The translations under genes were made by a program, and so were the position numbers. The notes below the pieces were generated by a model. That model searched no databases, was not told the DNA's origin, and saw nothing but the letters and a program-made list of their open reading frames with translations. From assembly GCA_038217285.1 (NCBI GenBank), contig JBBQPO010000128.1, forward strand, positions 1 to 16,843: a stretch of DNA of 16,843 nt, in the 5' to 3' direction. The stretch is from Chthonomonadales bacterium. Its GTDB lineage: Bacteria > Armatimonadota > Chthonomonadetes > Chthonomonadales > Chthonomonadaceae. Below, piece after piece: positions 1-7,755 of the stretch (its first letter is position 1; every line of letters begins with the position of its first letter).

Positions 1-1
1 C

Positions 2-595
2 CTGCGCAAACATAACTTCGATCTGAAGTACCTCCTCGGCACCATCATGAAGTCGCGCACCTACCAACTCACGGCGATGCCGACCCACAACAACCGGATC
101 GATACCCGCCTCTTCTCGCACTATCCCGCCCGCCGAATCAACGCCGAGGAGCTGCTGGACGCCGTAGCGCAGGTGACCGGCGTTCCCGACAAATTCGACG
201 GCATGGGTCTCGGCGCACGGGCTTGCGAGCTTGCGGATACCGAAATCCCATCCCTGATGCTCGACACCTTCGGCAGACCGCCCCGCGTCCAGCCCAGCGA
301 CTCCGAACGCTCCTGCAGTCCGGCGATCAGTCAGGCCCTGGCATTTCTAAACAGCGAGTTCATCCAGCAGAAGATAAAGTCGTCCGACTCTATTCTCACG
401 CCGCTACTCAAATCCGGCAAACCGGACAGCGAGATCCTGGACACGCTCTATCTCACCGCGCTCTCCCGCCATCCCACGCCCGCCGAATCGACCGCGCTTC
501 TGGAGGCCCTAAAGCAGTCTCCGAAGCGCGACGAAGGCTTTCAGGACATCCTCTGGGCCATTCTCAACAGCAAAGAGTTCCTCTTCAATCACTGA
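2..595 (+). CDS. DUF1553 (PSD1)-domain protein, C-terminal part (5' end outside window)
   Basis: Frame is open from base 2 (LRKHNFDLKYLLGTIMKSRTYQL). Motifs RRINAEELLDAV, LDTFGRPPR, SQALAFLNS, LYLTALSRHPT and DILWAILNSKEFLFNH are typical of DUF1549/DUF1553 proteins. Confidence 0.88.
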   Translation: MRKHNFDLKYLLGTIMKSRTYQLTAMPTHNNRIDTRLFSHYPARRINAEELLDAVAQVTGVPDKFDGMGLGARACELADTEIPSLMLDTFGRPPRVQPSDSERSCSPAISQALAFLNSEFIQQKIKSSDSILTPLLKSGKPDSEILDTLYLTALSRHPTPAESTALLEALKQSPKRDEGFQDILWAILNSKEFLFNH

Positions 596-623
596 CATTG
601 CTTTCGATGAAGAGAGCACGCAG

Positions 624-652
624 AAAAAGGAGCCGCACTTAACAGCGGCTCC
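624..652 (-). terminator. Intrinsic terminator after the HNH gene
   Basis: Perfect 8-bp stem GGAGCCGC (629-636) / GCGGCTCC (645-652), with AAAAA at 624-628 giving a U-tract on the minus strand. Lies between convergent genes. Confidence 0.8.
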
Positions 653-711
653 CGAGGCAAGTGTGTTGTCCCATCATGAGGACAGCGCGGTGCGTTTTTA
701 CCACAATATCG

Positions 712-1239
712 CTAATCCGGGAGGTCCGCGTAGGTGGGCAGGTAATCCCGCCAGATTTCGTTTTTGCGCCCGACAATGTACTTCGTTAAACTGATGTACG
801 GCACATAGTGCGGGCGGCGCGGCGGGCGCGTCAGGCGCATGCCGATCTGGTGGGCGAGTTTGTCGCTCTTTTTCATGTTGCATTTACGGCAGCAGCAGAC
901 CAGGTTTTCCCAGGCCGCTCCCCCCCCCGCCCGCTTGGGGATGACGTGGTCGATGGTCAGGTCTTTGCTGGCAGAACCGCAGTATTGACAGGTGTAGTTG
1001 TCACGCGCAAAGATGGTACGCCGTGAGAGTTTCAGTTCCGGCATAGGCCGCTTGACGTGTCCGCGCAGCTTCACGACGGTAGGCGTCGGAAACCTTCCGT
1101 CGTTGCCCAGTGTGCCGGCCTCGTCGTCTACGTGCAAAACATCCGCCTTGCCTAAATAGAGCAAGACGATGGCCCGCCGTAAGTTACAGACATTCAGCGG
1201 TGTCCAGTCATTGTTGAGTACCAGTACTTCCCGGTTCAT
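712..1239 (-). CDS. HNH endonuclease (McrA-like, Zn-binding), 175 aa
   Basis: N-terminal VLVLNNDWTPL, then RRTIFARDNYTCQYCG, LTIDHVIP, GG..WENLVCCCRKCN..K. RBS-like AAAGGGGA upstream. Confidence 0.93.
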   Translation of the reverse strand: MNREVLVLNNDWTPLNVCNLRRAIVLLYLGKADVLHVDDEAGTLGNDGRFPTPTVVKLRGHVKRPMPELKLSRRTIFARDNYTCQYCGSASKDLTIDHVIPKRAGGGAAWENLVCCCRKCNMKKSDKLAHQIGMRLTRPPRRPHYVPYISLTKYIVGRKNEIWRDYLPTYADLPD

Positions 1240-1293
1240 GGTATCCGCGTTCCCCTTTCGTCTATTTTAAAAATGTCCCGTCTCCAGCGATCC

Positions 1294-1336
1294 AACAAAA
1301 GACAAGACCCGCCTCTGCGTAAGCACAGAGCGGGTC
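1294..1336 (-). terminator. Terminator/attenuator hairpin in the HNH 5' leader
   Basis: Minus strand GACCCGC-TCTGTG-CTTA-CGCAGA-G-GCGGGTC followed by TTGTCTTTTGTT, about 55 nt upstream of the HNH start. Confidence 0.75.
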
Positions 1337-1406
1337 ACAGTCTCGCCGAAGCGGGATGGAATACATGGTGCAGGTGGTGGAGATGACTCATACTGTCGGG
1401 CAGCAT
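1335..1406 (-). CDS. Putative His-rich leader peptide MLPDSMSHLHHLHHVFHPASARL (alternative in-frame ATGs at 1391 and 1517)
   Basis: 6 His codons within 10 codons (1356-1385). The TGA stop overlaps the first bases of the terminator 5' arm. The start codon is uncertain. Confidence 0.55.
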   Translation of the reverse strand: MLPDSMSHLHHLHHVFHPASARL

Positions 1407-1593
1407 CGTCAGTCTCGGACATACGCGCCAGGACACCTCCCATACCGGCGCGTGGTCGCGCCGTTGTAAGAAATATGTTCGGGCCGCATATGGGGGTTGC
1501 TCTGAACTCCACTGCATTTGACAGCACTCCACCCGTAGAAAGTTGCACGATTTGCGCAGCGAAGTGGCGCTGCTGCAAAAAAAAGGATACTCT

Positions 1594-1623
1594 AGTATAT
1601 CTAATCCGACCGCCCCCTGTCAA
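1594..1623 (-). promoter_or_regulatory. sigma70-type promoter for the HNH leader
   Basis: Minus strand TTGACA (1623-1618), 18-nt spacer, TATACT (1599-1594). Confidence 0.75.
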
Positions 1624-1748
1624 GCAGGCGTTTTCAGCGGTTGCAGAAGCGTCGGCGACAAGGAATTTCACTGTCCTGTGCAGAATCAATAGGCCAGTGA
1701 AACACTCCTCTATTCTATACGCGTTCCCCCGCGCACAGGTTCAACGCT

Positions 1749-4505
1749 ATGGCTTGGCCACCGAGTCTATATGACATTTTGCCGCATGCATTCGGATCAC
1801 GAACCGGGAACGGTTCGGCGTTGCGGACGGCGATTTTCTCTGCTCCCCGCGGCAAGTCAATCTTGAGAAGCGGGTTCGCCGTCGCGATGCTGGTGTGCGC
1901 GCTCCCTTGTCGGACGACCGCCCAGACGACGTTTACGCGTCCGGCCTATACCGCCTCCGTGGATGCGAATGGCGTATTGATTTCCCTGCGTATGGCGAAT
2001 ACCGAGCTTATCGGTAAGCCTTTGGAGTTTTGCACCGGCATCAAATGGACGCTCGACCATGTCGAAAAGCCTGCCGAGAACCAGGCGCACTATTTCCTGC
2101 AAAGCGACAGGGGTACTGGCGAGCTGGACTATCGTTTTGAAGAGAAGCGCGTCGTGCTGACGATGCGCCATAAGGTGGGCGGGTTTCAGAGCTGGCAGGT
2201 CGGGCTGAGCGACGATACACTCGGGGTTGAGAATCTGCACGATACGCATGTTGATCGCGCCGAGACACTGCGCTATGTGGATCGCGGCGACATCCGGCCG
2301 ACTCCTCTTCTCTCTCTGACCCGCACACAGCGCCTGCGTCTGCACCTGCGCAACGGCGCGACGATCCTCTTCTGGCACGACGGCTGGGGCGCTCCCTTCA
2401 ATATAGACGAAACGGGCGGCGTCACGGGGATGACCTACCGGCGCAATCTGTTCGAGAACGACAAGCCGATGCGTCTCTACTTCGCCCTCGACGCCCCGCC
2501 CGCGCAGCCTCTCCAGCCTGCCCCCGGCTTTACGCCGCTCGGAGACACCTTCGCGAACCTCACCTATACCGGCAGACCCGTGCAGTTCACACTCAAGTTT
2601 ACCGAGGCCACCGTTGCTAGGCTGAAGGCGACCGCGAAATGGCGTGTCTCTTGGACCCTGAGCGACTTCTTCAATCGACCAGCAGGGCGCGGCAGTGCGG
2701 AGTTCGACGCCGCCGAGGCGCTGAGAACAAAGTCGGCTGCCGTTCGTATCCCTGTCAAAACGCAGGGCTGGTACAGCGTTCTCTTTTCTGTCACGCCGGT
2801 CGGCCCGGTGACGCCTGCCGTCGCGCCTTCGGAGCATCGTACCCGCTTCGCCGTCGTCGACCGAGCGGCGGCGATTCCCGATCTGCCCACCAAACGGGAC
2901 GAGCGTCTCTCCGTCTATGGCTATGCCGCTCTGATGGGCCTCAAAGGCATGCGCGAAAGCCACACCATGCGGGACTTCTTTCCCGAACGCGGCAAAACCG
3001 ACTGGAAACGACTGGACGAGGTCATCGACAGCGCCGAGCGGGAGTCGAAACGCTGGGGCGTGGCCTGGTTCTTTCAGGCCAACGAAGTGCCGAAGTGGTG
3101 CAGTCCTGCCGACTACGAACAGTTGGCCTTCGAGATGGTGAGCCACTGCAAGGATCGCTGCCATGTGTGGGAGGTCGAGAACGAGCCGAACTTCCGATTC
3201 TCTCCAGAAGACTATGCTGTGAAGGCGTTTCTGCCCTTTGCGCGCGGGGCGAAACGCGCCGACCCGACCTGCACTCTCCTCGGTCCCGCCTGCGTCTCGG
3301 TCCCAAACTCGATCCGGTTTGCCGAGGCGCTGAAGAAGGCAGACGCTCTTGCCCTCGCCGGTGGCCTCTCGACACACACCTATATGGGGCCGGGAGAGCC
3401 CTGGGAGCTGTTCGGGAACCCGCAATATCTGGAAAAACTGCGCGCCCTCGCCCCTGCCCTTCCACTCTGGCAGACCGAACAGGGCTATACCTGGAACCAC
3501 ACGAGCCGGGACGACCAGGCTCGTTACGCCGTGCGTCAATATCTGAACGGTTACGCCGCAGGCATCACGAATGCCCATCAATACTACTTCTATACTGTCC
3601 ACAATGGATTTGAGCCCTGGTATCTGGCGGAATCGGGGGGAGATGGCAACGCCGACAGCGGCACACTGGAACCGGCGGGCGTCGCCCTGCGGGTCTTGAC
3701 CGCGCAGACGGAGGGGCGCAAAGTCGGTCTCCGCGAACAGCCGCTGTTCGGCGTCTACTCCCTGCGCTTCTCCGGCCCGAAGGACGACGTTATTGCGCTC
3801 TGGACGCTTGACTTTCCGCTGACCCTCACGCTTCGCAGCCACATTCTCCAGGCCACCCGCGTCGATGGCGCGCCTCTGATATTGGCCTCGCAGCAGGGCG
3901 GGACGCGAACTCCCATCGATGGTTATGCGCTCTACCTGCGGGTTCCGAAAGGCGAGCCGCTCGCCCTTGCCGCCCCACGCTCTTTCGGGAAGAACTATGC
4001 GACAACGGCGCTCGGCGCGACCATCCGGGCCTCTTCCGAGACGGCCCAACATCCGGCAGCCCATGCCATTGACGGACGCTGGTCGGTGCGCGATGCCACT
4101 CCCGGCCTGTCGGACCGGACCTGGTGGGAGGCCAGTCTATCCGGAGCCTCGCCCGAAGCCCCGCAGTGGCTCCAGATCGATTTCGCAACACCCCGGACCA
4201 TCAACATGTCGATTCTGCTCACACCCCTGCCTGCCGTCGATGGAGGCGTTCCGCGCGACTATGCCGTCCAGGTATCCGACGATGGCACCCACTGGCGCAC
4301 GGTCGCGCAGACAAGAGACTGGGTCGGCTGGGCTGGAAATCTCACGTTTCCGTCTGTACGTACGCAGCACGTCCGCCTGCTCATCACCCGTCTCAACGAC
4401 GGCTGGCATCTGGAAGGCACCTGGAGATTTATGGTCAGCGATGAGTTCACCCGTTACACCAGTCTCCAGTGCCGTGTGCTCGACTGGATGCTGTTCGGTC
4501 CTTAA
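1749..4505 (+). CDS. Large, probably secreted clan GH-A-like (GH39/GH5-like) glycoside hydrolase with C-terminal F5/8 type C (discoidin/CBM32-like) domain
   Basis: WEVENEPN (acid/base-like) and LWQTEQG (nucleophile-like) motifs. C-terminal HAIDG..., QWLQIDF, DYAVQVSDDGTHW, VRLLIT. A hydrophobic signal-like segment (GFAVAMLVCALPCRTTAQ) suggests the true start may be downstream of 1749. Confidence 0.7.
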   Translation: MAWPPSLYDILPHAFGSRTGNGSALRTAIFSAPRGKSILRSGFAVAMLVCALPCRTTAQTTFTRPAYTASVDANGVLISLRMANTELIGKPLEFCTGIKWTLDHVEKPAENQAHYFLQSDRGTGELDYRFEEKRVVLTMRHKVGGFQSWQVGLSDDTLGVENLHDTHVDRAETLRYVDRGDIRPTPLLSLTRTQRLRLHLRNGATILFWHDGWGAPFNIDETGGVTGMTYRRNLFENDKPMRLYFALDAPPAQPLQPAPGFTPLGDTFANLTYTGRPVQFTLKFTEATVARLKATAKWRVSWTLSDFFNRPAGRGSAEFDAAEALRTKSAAVRIPVKTQGWYSVLFSVTPVGPVTPAVAPSEHRTRFAVVDRAAAIPDLPTKRDERLSVYGYAALMGLKGMRESHTMRDFFPERGKTDWKRLDEVIDSAERESKRWGVAWFFQANEVPKWCSPADYEQLAFEMVSHCKDRCHVWEVENEPNFRFSPEDYAVKAFLPFARGAKRADPTCTLLGPACVSVPNSIRFAEALKKADALALAGGLSTHTYMGPGEPWELFGNPQYLEKLRALAPALPLWQTEQGYTWNHTSRDDQARYAVRQYLNGYAAGITNAHQYYFYTVHNGFEPWYLAESGGDGNADSGTLEPAGVALRVLTAQTEGRKVGLREQPLFGVYSLRFSGPKDDVIALWTLDFPLTLTLRSHILQATRVDGAPLILASQQGGTRTPIDGYALYLRVPKGEPLALAAPRSFGKNYATTALGATIRASSETAQHPAAHAIDGRWSVRDATPGLSDRTWWEASLSGASPEAPQWLQIDFATPRTINMSILLTPLPAVDGGVPRDYAVQVSDDGTHWRTVAQTRDWVGWAGNLTFPSVRTQHVRLLITRLNDGWHLEGTWRFMVSDEFTRYTSLQCRVLDWMLFGP

Positions 4506-4526
4506 TGCCCCTGTCAGGAGTAAGAA

Positions 4527-6521
4527 TTGGCTCAATCGTCGCCTTTACCGAAGTTAGCCTCCGAGACGCCCGCGCCCGAGGAAGTGAAATCCTCTCGCCG
4601 CTGGTTCAGCGGACGCGTCATGCTGCTGGCGCTGCTGCTCGCCCCGGTCACCGCCTACTGGTCCGCCAGTCAGTTGGTGGATGTCATCTTCTCGCTGATG
4701 GTCCCACCGGTCATTCTGACGCTGGTCGTGGCGATGGCGAATCTGGTGGTACGGCGCGTGGCTCCGAAACATGCCCTCACCGAAGGCGAGCTGATCATCT
4801 TCTACGCCATGCACACGGTTATGGGAGCGATCTGCGCCGAGTGGATGACGGTCATCAACCCCTACATCCACTCCTACGCGCTCTACCGCACCAACGATAC
4901 GCGGTTCGACAAGTACATCAACCCTTACACCAGTCCCTGGTTCTTCATCCAACCGGCCGATGCGGACAAGTATATCGACTATCGCAACGGGGGCTTCGGG
5001 TTTCGATACTTCGTCACCCGCCTGCCGCTCTGGTGGCGCTATATCTTCTCCTGGACCGTGCTGGTCACGCTGGTCTGCGGGGCGATGCTCTGTATCAACA
5101 GCCTCATGCGCGACGAGTGGTCGAACCGCGAGAAACTGGCCTTTCCGATCATTCAGATGCCGATGGCCATCGTGCAGATGGGCTCGGGCCGCTCGAAGCT
5201 TTGGCAGAGTAAGCTGTTCGTGGTTCCGTTCGCGTTCATGTTCGCCATCGACATGCTCAACGGCTTCCACTTCATCTATCCCTGGCTGCCGCTCATCAAT
5301 GTGCGCTTCCTGGGCGACCTTTCGCAGTTCTTCCAGAGCCCACCCTTCAATGCTATCGGCTGGACGCCTATCGGCCTCTTCCCCTATATGGCGGTCATCG
5401 GGTTCTTCATGCCGACCGACCTGCTCTTCTCCTGCATCTTCTTCTTCTTTTTCCGAAAGGGCCTGCAGGTCTTCACCTACGCCATTGGCTATACGGAGAG
5501 CGCGGGCGTCTTCGGCGGCGGCGGCCTGGTGCCGGGTCCGCCCTACTTCAGCGAGCAGTCGTGGGGGGCGTTTCTAGCGCTGTTCTGCACATCAGCGTGG
5601 GTGGCGCGAAGCTATCTGGGCGAGGTGTGGCAGCAGATCCTGCATGGCGGTGGAGACAAGCGCGGCGTGCCGCACCGGCTGGCGTTCGCAGGGCTGATCC
5701 TCAGTGTCGCGGGGATCGGTGGAATCGGACTGTTCATCGGGATACCGCTCTGGATGGTCGGCTTCGAGACGCTTCTATTCCTGGCGTTCAGCGTGGCGCT
5801 GACCCGAATGCGGGCGCAGATCGGCGCGCCGTCGCACGAGATGGCCTTTATGGGGCCGAACCAGATGCTCGTGGACTTCGCCGGAACAGGCGCGCTGTCG
5901 CAGGCAGGGATCAGCCGTATGGTGACCACCTTCCACATCTTCAACCGCATCCACCGCACCCACCCCATGCCGCACCAGTTGGAGGCGATGAAGATGGGCG
6001 ATTCGGCGAAGATGAACCAGCGGGCGCTCTTCATCGCCATTCTGCTGGCGACGGTCATCGGCAGCGTGCTGGGCCACATGACTTATATCTATACCGGCTA
6101 TCACTACGGGGCGCAAAACGCAGGCGGCGAGACGGCGGGCGTCGTCGATACGCTCATCAACAAGCATCAGCCGCCGAACAGCGTCGCCATCGCCTTCGTC
6201 TTGGTCGGTTTCCTGGTCGTACTGGGGCTCGACTTCATCCGGTTCCGGATCCCCGGCTTCGCGCTGCATCCCGCCGGTTACGCGCTCGCCATGAACTTCG
6301 GCCTGGACTACTTCTGGACCGGCCTGATCATCGTCTGGCTCATCAAGTTGTTCGTCGAACGCTACTACGGCCTGAAGGGCCACAACAAACTGCATCAGGT
6401 CGCGCTCGGCATCATCCTGGCCGAGTTCTGCGCCGAAGCAATCTGGTCGACCTACGCCATGGCGACCCACACCGCCACATACAGCATCTCGATCAACGGC
6501 AGGCTCGGCTGGAACCAGTGA
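4527..6521 (+). CDS. Multi-pass membrane protein, DUF6785/DUF6784 type (possible transporter)
   Basis: TTG start after AGGAG. Many hydrophobic helices. Motifs LTEGELIIFYAM, EWSNREKLAFPIIQMP, FFMPTDLLFS, LHPAGYAL, GIILAEF. Confidence 0.7.
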   Translation: MAQSSPLPKLASETPAPEEVKSSRRWFSGRVMLLALLLAPVTAYWSASQLVDVIFSLMVPPVILTLVVAMANLVVRRVAPKHALTEGELIIFYAMHTVMGAICAEWMTVINPYIHSYALYRTNDTRFDKYINPYTSPWFFIQPADADKYIDYRNGGFGFRYFVTRLPLWWRYIFSWTVLVTLVCGAMLCINSLMRDEWSNREKLAFPIIQMPMAIVQMGSGRSKLWQSKLFVVPFAFMFAIDMLNGFHFIYPWLPLINVRFLGDLSQFFQSPPFNAIGWTPIGLFPYMAVIGFFMPTDLLFSCIFFFFFRKGLQVFTYAIGYTESAGVFGGGGLVPGPPYFSEQSWGAFLALFCTSAWVARSYLGEVWQQILHGGGDKRGVPHRLAFAGLILSVAGIGGIGLFIGIPLWMVGFETLLFLAFSVALTRMRAQIGAPSHEMAFMGPNQMLVDFAGTGALSQAGISRMVTTFHIFNRIHRTHPMPHQLEAMKMGDSAKMNQRALFIAILLATVIGSVLGHMTYIYTGYHYGAQNAGGETAGVVDTLINKHQPPNSVAIAFVLVGFLVVLGLDFIRFRIPGFALHPAGYALAMNFGLDYFWTGLIIVWLIKLFVERYYGLKGHNKLHQVALGIILAEFCAEAIWSTYAMATHTATYSISINGRLGWNQ

Positions 6522-6552
6522 ATATTCATCCATAACCGGAAGGGCACTCAAA

Positions 6553-6765
6553 ATGACAATGACAATCGAGGAACTCTACAAAGCAGCAGAACCGCTTCCA
6601 GCCCGCGAAAAACTTCAACTGGCGCGTCGTCTCCTCAGCGACATTCCGTCAGAAAGCATCGTGGACTACCGCGATTCATGGAGCGAAGAGGACATACGGG
6701 AGGCAACGCTCCACTCGTTACGACATGCCGAGAGCGCACTTGGCGAGGATCTCAACGATGTTTAA
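6553..6765 (+). CDS. Putative antitoxin, 70 aa
   Basis: Small acidic-tailed ORF (SWSEEDIREA) with RBS GGAAGG, overlapping the downstream toxin start by 8 nt. Confidence 0.65.
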   Translation: MTMTIEELYKAAEPLPAREKLQLARRLLSDIPSESIVDYRDSWSEEDIREATLHSLRHAESALGEDLNDV

Positions 6766-7102
6766 GCCCGGCGATGTTGTCACCGTTCTCTTCCCTGGAG
6801 CTGTCGCTACGAAACGCAGGCCCGCCGTTGTCGTCTCGACTTCGCTGTACCATGCACATCGTCCTGATGTTATCTTGGGACTGTTGACTACGAATGTCGC
6901 CACTGCAACCGCGCCTTCAGACTACTTACTTCAAGATTGGTCTGCTGCGAACTTACGCTACCCGTCCGCGTTCCGTTGCTACGTCCTTACATTTGACGCA
7001 ACGGATCTTAACTCAATCGGCTCGTTGACAGAACAAGACTGGCTTGGTGTTCAGAACTGCCTTTCAATGGGCATAGCGATTTCAGGAGATGTAACGCCGT
7101 GA
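6758..7102 (+). CDS. PemK/MazF family toxin, 114 aa
   Basis: Start reassigned to the ATG at 6758: MFKPGDVVTVLFPGAVATKRRPAVVVS...VILGLLTT...DWSAANLRYPS...IGSL. Confidence 0.88.
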   Translation: MFKPGDVVTVLFPGAVATKRRPAVVVSTSLYHAHRPDVILGLLTTNVATATAPSDYLLQDWSAANLRYPSAFRCYVLTFDATDLNSIGSLTEQDWLGVQNCLSMGIAISGDVTP

Positions 7103-7121
7103 GCGAACCTACAAACACGCA

Positions 7122-7250
7122 TCAATTACCTGATATCGAAGACGGCATGCCACTCTGCTCTGACAGGCTCAAGAATCGAACTCGGATCGTCGTCTGACCT
7201 ATCAAGCAGTCCGGGGAGCGCACCAATGGCCCTGTATCCGTTAGCGTCAT
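7122..7250 (-). pseudogene. Decayed VapC/PIN-domain toxin remnant
   Basis: ATG coupled to the upstream stop (TGATG). Reads MTLTDTGPLV, then after a -1 shift ALPGLLDRSDDD, resembling a PIN N-terminus (xxxDTGPLVAL.DRxD). Both frames stop within about 42 codons. Confidence 0.55.
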
Positions 7251-7564
7251 CAGCGATTCATGCTTACTTTGCGAATATCATCCGCCCAGTGCTTGGAAAG
7301 ATATTCTTCGACTGCGTCACCGGAACTGCCTGTTTGCGTAGCGGAGTCGCCTTCTGTCCCCTGTCGATCCTGATCGGCCCAGTGAGGAGCGAGAATATTT
7401 AACATTTCCTCGTCGAGTGTCGTGTCCTGATCGGTCTCTTTCGACCTGAAAGCCTGTCTTAGAGCTTCGGCAATAACCTGCCCCGTGTCTTCGCCACGTT
7501 CATGCGCAACATCCGCGATGCGTTCCATCAGCGCATCTTCTACTTGTACCATCAGGGTTGCCAT
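7250..7564 (-). CDS. Putative ribbon-helix-helix (VapB/CopG-like) antitoxin
   Basis: RBS AAAGGAG. N-terminus MATLMVQVEDALMERIADVAHERG...VIAEALRQ has an RHH-like pattern, followed by an acidic C-terminus. Directly upstream of the PIN remnant. Confidence 0.6.
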   Translation of the reverse strand: MATLMVQVEDALMERIADVAHERGEDTGQVIAEALRQAFRSKETDQDTTLDEEMLNILAPHWADQDRQGTEGDSATQTGSSGDAVEEYLSKHWADDIRKVSMNR

Positions 7565-7755
7565 CAAATTGCTCCTTTCGCATGAGTTCGATTATTTATT
7601 CAACGTCTACCCCGAGATTCCTTCCGTCAGAAACTCGTAAGGCCAGCGCACGGATTGCGAGCAGTTATAATAAGAGTACGTTCCGGAGGTGTCGGCCTGT
7701 CGGAAAACGTTTTGGGAGAATGCTGTTAACCTGCGTTCAGGAGATTTCAATTCTT

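Noticed and set aside
712-1623. IscB/HEARO-type RNA-guided nuclease system
   Set aside because: The protein is only 175 aa with no PLMP or RuvC motifs, and the upstream region is better explained as promoter, uORF and terminator.
1857-4064. 735-aa antisense ORF and other long overlapping ORFs (e.g. 2639-3613, 5561-6535, 8410-9588, 12874-13773)
   Set aside because: Shadow frames of well-supported genes in GC-rich DNA, with no recognisable motifs.
7558-7755. 66-aa N-terminal extension of the PhyH ORF
   Set aside because: Overlaps the divergent promoter region (TATAAT at 7666-7671). RBS and family similarity begin at 7756/7762.
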